Assembly (NCBI GenBank): GCA_025453605.1
Contig: JALOPZ010000002.1
Location: forward strand, 388,631-452,630
Source of the DNA: Candidatus Margulisiibacteriota bacterium
GTDB lineage: Bacteria; Margulisbacteria; WOR-1; O2-12-FULL-45-9; XYB2-FULL-48-7
Length of the DNA stretch: 64,000 nucleotides
Reading direction: 5' to 3'
Of this stretch, positions 26,647 to 35,221 are shown piece by piece (the first letter of the stretch is position 1; each line of letters starts with the position of its first letter). The notes under the pieces are model-generated. The model was not told the origin of the DNA, did no database searches, and saw only the letters and a list, made by a program, of their open reading frames with translations. Both the position numbers and the translations under genes were made by a program.

Positions 26647-27323
26647 TTCCCCTCCTCCAACACCCGAAATAAATTCGCCAAAGTGCTCTTTTCGGCTGGA
26701 CCGGCGGGCCGCCAGGGGGAACCGATCTTAAGCCGGACCCGGCCGGGGTTGATCAAATACTCCGACGTGACCGGCGGCTGCTCGATCAGGAGCGGGATGA
26801 TCGCCGCTCCGCACAGGCGCGCGGTCCTGACCAGCGCGTCGTCAAGTTCGGCCGGTTTGCTGACCAGCCGCCGCAAGGCGGGCGGAAAGACCAACACCTG
26901 CTCTCCCCGCTGCAGCGCCTCCCGCAGGGATAAGAGAAAGGCGACGTCGGTCCCACCCAATTCGTAGATCAGGCAACCGGCGCTTTTTAAAACCCGGCCG
27001 AGGAGCGGAACCCGTAAAATATTGGAATCGGCGACCAGGCGCAAACGCTCCGGCCGGGCGGCGACCAGGTAAAGCGGTTCCAGTAAACCGGGATGCTCGG
27101 CTACCCAAAGAGAGCCGCCGCGCATTTTTCCCTGCGGCGCGCCGACCACTTCTACCCTGATAAAAGTGCAAGCCAGCAGAAGCTTCATCATTTGTCGGAA
27201 TATAGCGTAATACAGCGGACGAGCCAGGTCGCCCAGCGGCAACAGCAGCCAGGCCAGAACAGCCAGGATCAGCAAACCGATCAGGCAGAGGAGAAAGAAA
27301 TACGCCGAGAAAAGCCATGCCAT
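26643..27323 (-). CDS. PlsC/LPLAT-like acyltransferase-domain membrane protein (HX4E variant: EHPGLLE)
   Basis: N-terminal TM helix, then WVAEHPGLLEPLYLVAARP...VFPPALRR, an acyltransferase-like protein paralogous to 25721..26440 and 9265..9774. Confidence 0.4.
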   Translation of the reverse strand: MAWLFSAYFFLLCLIGLLILAVLAWLLLPLGDLARPLYYAIFRQMMKLLLACTFIRVEVVGAPQGKMRGGSLWVAEHPGLLEPLYLVAARPERLRLVADSNILRVPLLGRVLKSAGCLIYELGGTDVAFLLSLREALQRGEQVLVFPPALRRLVSKPAELDDALVRTARLCGAAIIPLLIEQPPVTSEYLINPGRVRLKIGSPWRPAGPAEKSTLANLFRVLEEGK

Positions 27324-27365
27324 GATGGGGGGATTATAGCAAATCGACCGGCCGGTGACTATCGT

Positions 27366-28271
27366 TTAGATCTCGTTCAAACCGGCCCGTTTGGCACTGG
27401 TTTCCGGTTCCGGCAGGATCGAGACCGACCAGTAGTGGACCGGGCTGGTCCGGTTCAAATAGGCGTAATCGAGGTTGATCCCGCCGACGCTGATCCCGAG
27501 TCCGGTCGTCGTGCAATCGGTGGAACGGCCGGTCCGCAGCGCTAAACCCTTGACCGGCGTCCATTCACAGCCGAGCTCCTCGCCTTCGACCGTCCAGGTG
27601 ACATTGCCGTCAAACAGCCGGCCGGCCGCGCCGGCCAAAACCGCGTACTGCTTCCGGTCGACGGTCGAGAGATTGGCAATGGCGCTCTTGTCATTCCCCA
27701 TAAAGTTCTGGACCGCCAGACCGAGCGACAGGTCGCCGTTCGGCTTAAAGATCGTCGCCAGGTCGAGGTCGACGCTGGAGCCGCCATCCTGGGCGAGACC
27801 GTTGGCGATGCCGATCTTCCGGCTCGATAATTTCACGTTCATCCCGAGCTGCAGGGAACCGAGGCTGGCGGGGACCCGCATCGCCTGGTTCAGGTCGCGG
27901 GCCATCGTGATATAAAGTGTCTGGGTCGTGTATTTGACCGGGCTGTCGCCGTCATAGGTCGTGACCGGGACAGTCCCCTCGATCGGATCGCTGGAGCCGA
28001 TGTAACCGATCCCGAGATTACCGAACGGGGTCGTTTCCACTCCGCCGATCATCGTATATTCCCGACCCTCCTGAAGCCTGGTGGCGGCCATGACCGATTC
28101 CCGCTTCAACCCGGCAATACCGGCCGGATTAATGAAGATCGCGTTGACGTCATCGGACATCGCGACCCAGGCGCCCCCCATCCCCATCGGCCGGGCCCCG
28201 AGGTTTTCCTGAGCCAGCGCCGGAACCATTAACATAACTAATAGGAGCGCACAGAGAGTTGTTTTGTTCAT
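27366..28271 (-). CDS. Outer-membrane beta-barrel protein, PorV/FadL/UPF0164-like
   Basis: Signal peptide MNKTTLCALLLVMLMVPALA, then MGMGGAWVAMSDDVNAIFINPAGIAGL, which is characteristic of this OMP superfamily. Preceded by motif P6. Confidence 0.6.
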   Translation of the reverse strand: MNKTTLCALLLVMLMVPALAQENLGARPMGMGGAWVAMSDDVNAIFINPAGIAGLKRESVMAATRLQEGREYTMIGGVETTPFGNLGIGYIGSSDPIEGTVPVTTYDGDSPVKYTTQTLYITMARDLNQAMRVPASLGSLQLGMNVKLSSRKIGIANGLAQDGGSSVDLDLATIFKPNGDLSLGLAVQNFMGNDKSAIANLSTVDRKQYAVLAGAAGRLFDGNVTWTVEGEELGCEWTPVKGLALRTGRSTDCTTTGLGISVGGINLDYAYLNRTSPVHYWSVSILPEPETSAKRAGLNEI

Positions 28272-28280
28272 TTCACTAAC

Positions 28281-28309
28281 TCTATCGGGCCGAAGGGAGG
28301 AAAACTTGC
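28281..28309 (-). promoter_or_regulatory. Sigma-28-like promoter motif P6: GCAAGTTTT-CCTCCCTTCGG-CCCGATAGAG
   Basis: Reverse complement of tctatcgggccgaagggaggaaaacttgc. The ATG lies 9 nt downstream. Confidence 0.6.
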
Positions 28310-28316
28310 GTGGTTT

Positions 28317-29408
28317 TTAGCCTAAATTATCGGGCCGGATCCGGCTCTGGGGAGGGACCTCCTGGCCGGGGCGGATGACTGCCCGGTTGGCGATCACCGT
28401 GCCGGCACCGATCCGGGCTTTTTTGCCGAGGTGGGAGAACGAACCGACCACCGCGCCGTCGACCACCGCCTCTTCGCAAACGACCACGTCTGACCAGATG
28501 ACCGACCCGGTCACCGCCGCGCCGTCGGCGATCACGCATTTGTCGCCAATGACTGAATCCTTGATATAGACGTCCCGGCCGATCCGGCAGCGGTCGCCGA
28601 TGATCACCGACCCCTCGAACCGGGCGCTCCGGTCGATGTTCTCCCGCTCGCCGACCCAGGTAGAGCTGGCCAGTTTTTTGCCGGGGATGCTGATCTTGAG
28701 CGCGCCGCTCATCGCGTCGTAATTGGAGCGGATGTACTGGTCAAGCCCGCCGACATCGTTCCAGTACTCAACCATCTGGTAGCCGAACAGCGGGGCCTGC
28801 TCCTTGACCAGGCGGGGAAAGAGCTGCTTGCCAAAGTCGTAAAAACCGTCCGGGATCAGATCAAGAATGGCCGGCTCAAAAATATAGATCCCGGTATTGG
28901 CCAGATCGCTCAAGGCGACCGCCGGCTCCGGCTTCTCCTGGAAACCGGTCACCCGCCCCTGCTGGTCCTGCAGAACTACGCCAAACCCCCTGACATCGGG
29001 GACCTTAGCCAGCGCGATGGTCGCCAGCGCTTTTTTCTCCCGGTGATAAGCAAGAAACCGGCCCAGGTTGATGCTGGTCAGCGCGTCGGACGATAAAACG
29101 AGGAATGTTTCGTCGACCCGGGCGATCCCGGCCATCTTTTTGACCCCGCCGGCTGTCCCGAGCAGCGTCTCTTCGTAGGAGTAATCGATATTGACGCCGA
29201 AGGAGTGCCCGTCGCCAAAGTAGTTCTCGATCTGCTCCGGGTGGTAGTGGATGTTAGCAACGATCTCGGAAAAACCGTGCTGTTTGAGCAGCTCGATATT
29301 ATGCTGCATCGTCGGCAGATTGACGATCGGGACCATCGGCTTGGGGACCGCCAGGGTCAGCGGTTCGAGCCGGGTCCCAAAACCGGCCGCCAGGATCAGG
29401 GCCTTCAC
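28317..29408 (-). CDS. Sugar-1-phosphate nucleotidyltransferase with C-terminal left-handed beta-helix (GlmU/GCD1/ManC-like)
   Basis: [25 protein letters not shown], then C-terminal hexapeptide repeats (VIGDRCRIGRDVYIKDSVIGDKCVI...). Confidence 0.75.
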   Translation of the reverse strand: MKALILAAGFGTRLEPLTLAVPKPMVPIVNLPTMQHNIELLKQHGFSEIVANIHYHPEQIENYFGDGHSFGVNIDYSYEETLLGTAGGVKKMAGIARVDETFLVLSSDALTSINLGRFLAYHREKKALATIALAKVPDVRGFGVVLQDQQGRVTGFQEKPEPAVALSDLANTGIYIFEPAILDLIPDGFYDFGKQLFPRLVKEQAPLFGYQMVEYWNDVGGLDQYIRSNYDAMSGALKISIPGKKLASSTWVGERENIDRSARFEGSVIIGDRCRIGRDVYIKDSVIGDKCVIADGAAVTGSVIWSDVVVCEEAVVDGAVVGSFSHLGKKARIGAGTVIANRAVIRPGQEVPPQSRIRPDNLG

Positions 29409-29836
29409 TTATCGATCTTCCTTAACCGCCTCAGGTGGCGCTCGTCACCGGAGAACGGGGTTTTTAACCAGATCCCGAGGAGTTTAAGCGCTTTAGCCGC
29501 GGTGATCACCCGACCGCCGAAACAGATGATGTTGCTGTCCCCGTGCTCCCGACTCTGTTTAGCTGTATAAGCGTCGGTGACGACCACCGCCCGCACCCCT
29601 TTGACCCGGTTCGCCGTGATGGAAACGCCGACACCGGAGCCGCAGACCAGTATCCCCCGGTCATACTTTTTCGCGGCAACCGCCCGGGCGACCGGATAAG
29701 CAAAATCGGGATAATCGCACGACTCCTCGGCAAAAGTGCCGAAATCCTTGAATTCGATCCCCCGCTTTTTCAAATACGCCAGGATCCTGGTTTTTAACGG
29801 AAACCCGCCGTGGTCGGAACCGAGTGCGATCTTCAC
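29405..29836 (-). CDS. rpiB: Ribose-5-phosphate isomerase B
   Basis: [15 protein letters not shown]...[12 protein letters not shown], an RpiB/LacAB signature. Confidence 0.85.
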   Translation of the reverse strand: MKIALGSDHGGFPLKTRILAYLKKRGIEFKDFGTFAEESCDYPDFAYPVARAVAAKKYDRGILVCGSGVGVSITANRVKGVRAVVVTDAYTAKQSREHGDSNIICFGGRVITAAKALKLLGIWLKTPFSGDERHLRRLRKIDK

Positions 29837-30561
29837 TTGATAGCCTCCTTCATCTCCCGGGTCGCCTCTTCCAGGCCGACCAACAGGCCGCGGGCAATTA
29901 TCGCAAAGCCAATGTTAAGCTCTTCCAGCCCCGGGATCCGGGCGACCGGCCCGACATTCTGATAATCGAGTCCGTGCCCGGCGTTGATCCGCAGACCGAT
30001 CAATCTCGCCTGCTGGGCGGCGACCCCAAGTTTTTCCAATTCACGGGGCGCTCTTTTCCGGCAATAACGACCGGTGTGCAGTTCGATAAAATCGGCCTGG
30101 AGCACCGCCGCTTCGGCGACCTGATCGTGATCGGGGTCGATAAAGAGGCTGACGAGTATCCCTTTGTCCTGTAATTTCCGAATGACATTCCTTAATTTTG
30201 AATTTTTACTTTTTACTTTTGACTTAAGGTCGAGCCCGCCCTCAGTGGTGAGCTCGCGCCGTTTCTCGGGAACAATGGTGACCAGATCGGGTTTTAGTCT
30301 GATAGCGATCCGGGCCATCTCGTCGGTCGCGGCCATTTCCAGGTCGAGCCGGCCCGGCAAAGCGCGCAAGCGGCGGACGTCGGCGTCCTGAATATGCCGG
30401 CGGTCTTCGCGCAGGTGGCAAACCACTCCGTCGGCCCCGCCGGCAATGACCGCCCGGGCGGCGCTGACCGGATCAGGGATTGTTTCCTGACGGGCCTGGC
30501 GCAGGGTCGCAACGTGGTCGATATTTACCCCGAGTCTCATAGCTCTTTGTGGATCAGACAA
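29833..30561 (-). CDS. pdxJ: Pyridoxine 5'-phosphate synthase
   Basis: [16 protein letters not shown]...HLREDRRHI...TTEGGLD...LHTG aligns along its length with E. coli PdxJ. It carries a 4-aa-longer loop encoded by an AT-rich repeat (KSKVKSKNS). Confidence 0.85.
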   Translation of the reverse strand: MSDPQRAMRLGVNIDHVATLRQARQETIPDPVSAARAVIAGGADGVVCHLREDRRHIQDADVRRLRALPGRLDLEMAATDEMARIAIRLKPDLVTIVPEKRRELTTEGGLDLKSKVKSKNSKLRNVIRKLQDKGILVSLFIDPDHDQVAEAAVLQADFIELHTGRYCRKRAPRELEKLGVAAQQARLIGLRINAGHGLDYQNVGPVARIPGLEELNIGFAIIARGLLVGLEEATREMKEAIK

Positions 30562-31013
30562 ACCGCGTAAGCCTTGATCCCCTGCCTGGTCCCGGTAAAA
30601 CCGAGCCCTTCCTCGGTTTTCCCCTTGACGTTGACCAGCTCGGGCGCGATCTTTAGCGCGCCGGCGATCCGGCTCTTCATCGTCTCAAGGTAAGGAGCGA
30701 TCCGCGGCGCTTCGGCGACGACCGTCGAATCAATATTGTTGATAAAATAACCGCGGCTGCTGACCAGTTCACTGACAAAGGCGAGCATTTTTAAGCTATC
30801 GGCACCCTGCCATTCCGGGTCGCCAGGCGGAAAATGCCGGCCGATATCCCCCTCGCCGAGCGCGCCGAGGAGCGCATCGATGATCGCGTGGAGGAGAACG
30901 TCGGCGTCCGACCACCCCTCCAGCCCCTGGGGATGCTTAATCTCCACCCCGCCGAGGAGGAGCTTTCCCCCTTTTTTGAACTTATGAACGTCGTAACCAA
31001 AACCGATTTTCAT
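30537..31013 (-). CDS. ispF: 2-C-methyl-D-erythritol 2,4-cyclodiphosphate synthase
   Basis: [12 protein letters not shown]...GWSDADV..H, the IspF metal-binding motif. Confidence 0.85.
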   Translation of the reverse strand: MKIGFGYDVHKFKKGGKLLLGGVEIKHPQGLEGWSDADVLLHAIIDALLGALGEGDIGRHFPPGDPEWQGADSLKMLAFVSELVSSRGYFINNIDSTVVAEAPRIAPYLETMKSRIAGALKIAPELVNVKGKTEEGLGFTGTRQGIKAYAVCLIHKEL

Positions 31014-31044
31014 TACTTTTTACTTTTTAATTTTTAATTTTGAG

Positions 31045-31641
31045 TTAATAGCCCTTAAAAAAGTATAACACATTGGCCACATACTCCCAAACAACGAACC
31101 CGGTGTCTTCGTGTCGGGTCCACCAGCGGTCGGGATTGAATTCGCTCCGGCGGCACGGGTACGAGATCACCCTGATCCCGGCCGGGGCAAAGACCTTGCG
31201 AAAGACGACCGCCGCCCGGCGGCTGTGGTAAGGGGAAGTGACCAAAATAACGCTCCGCGCCCCGCTCTCCTTCACCTGCGGCAGGGAAAAAATCGCGTCT
31301 TCGAGGGTCGAACGGGATTCGGCCTGGAGGCTGATCGCCGCCGCCGGGACTCCCGACTCGACCGCCTGCTTTTTCATCCACTGCGCGGCGGTCAGGTGCC
31401 AGGCGAGCGGACCGCCCGACATCAGGAGGCGCGGCGCGTAACCGGCCTTATAAAGACCGACCGCCTCCGCGACCCGCTCGCCGTTGTTGTCCCCGCTCAG
31501 CACGATGATCAGGTCGGCCCGGTCAAGGCTGTCGCGGACGACCAGATGATCGGCCAGGAACGGGAGAAAATACGGCTGCGTCAGGTAGATGCCGAGCGCC
31601 AGAATGAACAGGGTTAAAAGAAAACCTGCTAACCTTTTCAT
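31045..31641 (-). CDS. YdcF/ElyC (DUF218) family protein
   Basis: N-terminal TM segment and DLIIVLSGDNNGERVAEAVGLYKAGYAPRLLMSGG, a DUF218 core. Confidence 0.6.
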   Translation of the reverse strand: MKRLAGFLLTLFILALGIYLTQPYFLPFLADHLVVRDSLDRADLIIVLSGDNNGERVAEAVGLYKAGYAPRLLMSGGPLAWHLTAAQWMKKQAVESGVPAAAISLQAESRSTLEDAIFSLPQVKESGARSVILVTSPYHSRRAAVVFRKVFAPAGIRVISYPCRRSEFNPDRWWTRHEDTGFVVWEYVANVLYFFKGY

Positions 31642-32777
31642 CGCGGCAACCGGAAGAGCGACCGGAAGAGGAAGCGCGGATTGCGCGCCAGCCCCATCAG
31701 GAGGGCGCCGATCGTCGGGTAAGTGCGCGGATTGGAGACCAGGCTCCAGATGACCGACGAATGGTTCTCAAAATCACCGATCTTCTCGATCAGCCGGGAG
31801 TTGTCCCGGACATACTCGAACATTTTTTTCAGGACGTCTTCGCCCATGTTTTCCAGAATATTGCGCAGGAGGAGGCAGATCCGGATCTCCTGCTCGAACT
31901 CTTCCGACCAGCGGGTCTGATACTGGGCCAGGTTATTGTCCCGGACTGCGTCGACCAGCATTTCCGCCGCTTTTAACCCGTAGTAGATGCCGCCGGAGGT
32001 GATCGGTTTGACCTGGCAGGCGGCGTCGCCGACCAGCATTGCCTGCCCTTTAACCAGCTCGCAGGTGCCGATCGGGATCGCGCCGGCGTTTTTCTCGATG
32101 ATCTCCCCGGTCAATTTATGCTTTTCCAGGAAGCGGTTCAGTTCCTGGTACGGATTATTGCAGATCGTGCCGACCCTGGCCACCCCATTCCCTTCCGGGA
32201 TCAACCAGGTAAAAAGGGAGAACGGTTTGACGTAGTCGACTTCGACCGCGTCGAGCCGCTCGGGGGTCATTTTGATCCGGTACTGATAGCCGCGGTACAG
32301 CTTCATGTCGGAATTAAAACCGAGCGCCTTGCGGACCCGGGAATTCGGCCCGTCCGCGCCGATCACCAGGTCAGCAAAATACTCGCCGTTATTAGTCTTC
32401 AGAAAGTACCCTTCCCGGATCGGGTGGATGTCCTGCAAGGTGGTATTGAACTCAATCTCCAGTTTGTGGCTTAACTCCTGGTCAAAAAGAGCGCGATCGA
32501 CGATGTAGGCGACCGTCTGGCGATGGAGGTCAAAAGCGGCGCCATTGTAGCTGACCCGAGCGCCGTTGATCGTGTTCTGGATCGATCGCCGCGAGAGAGG
32601 GAGCCGAAGCTCTTCGAACAGCCCCTTCCCGACTATCCCGGCGCAGGAGACCGGCCGGCCGACCTGCGCGTGCTCTTCCAGCAGGAGCGGATTATAACCG
32701 GCGTGTTTTAAAAGCTGGGCGGTGTAGCAGCCGATCGGCCCGGCGCCGACAATGATGATCTTGGCGTTCTTTTTCAT
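31638..32777 (-). CDS. FAD-dependent geranylgeranyl-reductase-family oxidoreductase
   Basis: IIVGAGPIGCYTAQLL (FAD dinucleotide fold). The length and central motifs are typical of GGR/ChlP-like reductases. Confidence 0.6.
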   Translation of the reverse strand: MKKNAKIIIVGAGPIGCYTAQLLKHAGYNPLLLEEHAQVGRPVSCAGIVGKGLFEELRLPLSRRSIQNTINGARVSYNGAAFDLHRQTVAYIVDRALFDQELSHKLEIEFNTTLQDIHPIREGYFLKTNNGEYFADLVIGADGPNSRVRKALGFNSDMKLYRGYQYRIKMTPERLDAVEVDYVKPFSLFTWLIPEGNGVARVGTICNNPYQELNRFLEKHKLTGEIIEKNAGAIPIGTCELVKGQAMLVGDAACQVKPITSGGIYYGLKAAEMLVDAVRDNNLAQYQTRWSEEFEQEIRICLLLRNILENMGEDVLKKMFEYVRDNSRLIEKIGDFENHSSVIWSLVSNPRTYPTIGALLMGLARNPRFLFRSLFRLPR

Positions 32778-32836
32778 GTCGCAGCGTTAATTATAGCGTA
32801 TTTGCGGCGGCCGGTAAAGAATGGTAGAATCACGCC

Positions 32837-35221
32837 GTGCAGCGCTGGTTGCTCCTCACTCTGATCGTTCTGCTCGGCGGGACGGCATTCGCCGCGCCCC
32901 GGTTGACCGTCGACCAATCCGGCGCCCTTTACCAATCCTGGCTGGCCCCGACCGGTGAAAGCCTCGCCCTGACTATCCGCCGCTCCCCCGATCAGGGGAT
33001 CAACTTCGGTCCGGCGCAGATCCTTTACCGCTGTTCGGCGGAAACAACGAGCGCCGATCTCGCCTTCGGCCCCAACCGCGCGCTCGCCCTGGTCTATGGC
33101 ACTACCCGGGAAGCCTGGTTCACCTTCTCGGCCGATAACGGCCGCACCTTCTCCTTGCCGCAGCAGTTAACCGGCGAAGCGGCAACGGACCCGGCGGTCG
33201 CTCTGGATGGGGCCGGCCAGCCGCATTTTCTTTACCTGGTCAAGATAGCGGACCGCGATCTGACCGAACTCCGCTACGTCCCCGGTCTGTCGACCGAAGC
33301 GGTCGTCCTGGAGCGCTCAGCCGACACGCTCGGCGCGCCGCGGCTGTTCGCCTCCCCCTGGGGACTGATCGCCCTCTTCACCAAAACTTACCAGACCAGG
33401 CAGAACACTTTTTACGCCGTCTCCCCCGATAACGGCCGCCATTTTAGCCGTCCCCAGCTCCTCGACCCGGCGCCGGAGATCGCCGCGTTCATTTACCAAT
33501 ACCGGAACGGTAAACTGGATCTCCCCCGGCCCGCACCACCCGAACCGCACACACCTTCCCCCGAGGCGATCAGTAACAGCGCCACGGTCGAGATCAGTTA
33601 CCGGCAGCCGGCGACCGATCCGGTCGTCACCCGCCTCGATCTCTCGACCGACCCTGATTTTCCTGCCGACCGGACCTGGACCTTTGAACGGCTCGATCTC
33701 CCGGCGACCGGGGAAGGAGTGTATCGGCTGCCGATCGCTCTCGCCGACGCCGTTTACTACTGGCGGCTGATGACCTTTAACGGAGTGACCGCCAGCCAGT
33801 CCTCACCGACCAGGGTCCTCCGGCTCGACCGGCAAGCGCCGCTGATCACGCTGACCGGACCGGCGGGGACGACCAGCGAAGCGCGGCAGATCACCGTCAC
33901 CGGTCTGTTGAGTGAAAAAGGGACGCTGACGATCAACGGGACGGCGACGACCGTGGAGTCGGGAGGTAAGTTTTCCCGGCCATGGACGCTGGCGCCCGGG
34001 GCCAATCAATTGCGGCTGATCGCGACCGATGAGGCCGGTAACGCCGGCACCCTGACCCGGCCGGTCGCTTATTCGACGGTCAAGCCGCTGCTGACCGTCC
34101 TCAAGCCGCGCCCGGATGATTGGTTCAGACCCGATTCGAGCATTCTTTTTTCTATAACGGTCACCGACCTGCAGGCGGACGTCGCCGACGAGAGCGAAGC
34201 CGAGCTGGTGATCGCCGGCCAGAGCGTGCCGGACCAGCTTATTTACAGCCGGGACGACGGCTCGCTCTCCGGTTTTATCAAGCTGCCGATCGAGCTGGGC
34301 GACGGGCGGTTCAACGTCACCATCCGGTTGCGCGACGAGGCCGGCAACCTGGCCGAGGAAAGGTTGACACTGAACATCGATCGGACGGCGCCGGTTTTAG
34401 TGCTGGCCAGCGGTGAGGCGTTCTTCTGCAACGCGCCAGCCCTCGTCCCCCTGCCGCTCTGCGACACCGGAGCCGGGCTTGATCCGGCCGGCACGCTGGT
34501 CAACCTGCTCGGAACATCAGGCGAAGTTGTCGTCTCCGGCGAGGCCCTTCTGCTTAAACCGGTCAGATCGCTCGCGCCCGGTAGTTACGAAGTGATCGTC
34601 ACCCCGCGCGACCGGATCGGCAACACCGGACCGCAAACTATTTTTACCCTGGTGATCGACGATCAAGCGCCGACGCTGATCATCACCGGAAGTCAGGAGA
34701 GCGGCGGACGCCTTCGCCTGGCAGGAGAAGTAGTCGATCAGTCCCCCGACCGCCTCAAGGTTTATAATAGCGGCAAGCTGATCGATAATTACCAGCTATG
34801 TGGCCCCCTCTTTATCCGCGAGTTCCCGCTGACGGCCGGTCACAATGAACTGCGGATCGAGGCGGTCGATCGGGCCGGCAACAGCAGCAGTCAGCAGTTG
34901 AGCGTCCAGGTCGCGGCGATCCAGCGTTCAGCCACGGTCGCCAGGCTCGGCCACGCCCCCAACCCATTTACCGCCGGCTCCGGCGAAATGTACTTTACTT
35001 ACGTCCTGAACTCAAGTGCCGATCTCAAGTTCTTCATTTTCGACCTGAGCGGCACGCTGATCTGGCAGCGGACGCTGACCGGAACAGGCAGCGGCAGTTT
35101 GGCCTGGAACGGGATCGATCACTTCGGGCGGACCGTGGCGCGGGGGGTTTATCCTTACATTGTCCAGGTGGCGGCTGGCGGGGTTGACGAGCTCTACCGC
35201 GGTAAAATAATCGTTTACTAA
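32837..35221 (+). CDS. Secreted 794-aa multi-domain protein with C-terminal FlgD-Ig/T9SS-type sorting-like domain
   Basis: Signal peptide MQRWLLLTLIVLLGGTAFAA. The C-terminal ~80 aa (...LKFFIFDLSGTLIWQR...GVYPYIVQVAAGG...YRGKIIVY) resemble the C-terminal Ig-like sorting domain of T9SS cargo. Confidence 0.5.
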   Translation: MQRWLLLTLIVLLGGTAFAAPRLTVDQSGALYQSWLAPTGESLALTIRRSPDQGINFGPAQILYRCSAETTSADLAFGPNRALALVYGTTREAWFTFSADNGRTFSLPQQLTGEAATDPAVALDGAGQPHFLYLVKIADRDLTELRYVPGLSTEAVVLERSADTLGAPRLFASPWGLIALFTKTYQTRQNTFYAVSPDNGRHFSRPQLLDPAPEIAAFIYQYRNGKLDLPRPAPPEPHTPSPEAISNSATVEISYRQPATDPVVTRLDLSTDPDFPADRTWTFERLDLPATGEGVYRLPIALADAVYYWRLMTFNGVTASQSSPTRVLRLDRQAPLITLTGPAGTTSEARQITVTGLLSEKGTLTINGTATTVESGGKFSRPWTLAPGANQLRLIATDEAGNAGTLTRPVAYSTVKPLLTVLKPRPDDWFRPDSSILFSITVTDLQADVADESEAELVIAGQSVPDQLIYSRDDGSLSGFIKLPIELGDGRFNVTIRLRDEAGNLAEERLTLNIDRTAPVLVLASGEAFFCNAPALVPLPLCDTGAGLDPAGTLVNLLGTSGEVVVSGEALLLKPVRSLAPGSYEVIVTPRDRIGNTGPQTIFTLVIDDQAPTLIITGSQESGGRLRLAGEVVDQSPDRLKVYNSGKLIDNYQLCGPLFIREFPLTAGHNELRIEAVDRAGNSSSQQLSVQVAAIQRSATVARLGHAPNPFTAGSGEMYFTYVLNSSADLKFFIFDLSGTLIWQRTLTGTGSGSLAWNGIDHFGRTVARGVYPYIVQVAAGGVDELYRGKIIVY

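Noticed and set aside
9771-28309. Island as prophage or recently acquired genomic island
   Set aside because: No integrase, transposase, tRNA or flanking direct repeats. GC content and codon usage of island genes match the host. The giant protein's tape-measure-like features are not accompanied by any capsid, tail or terminase genes.
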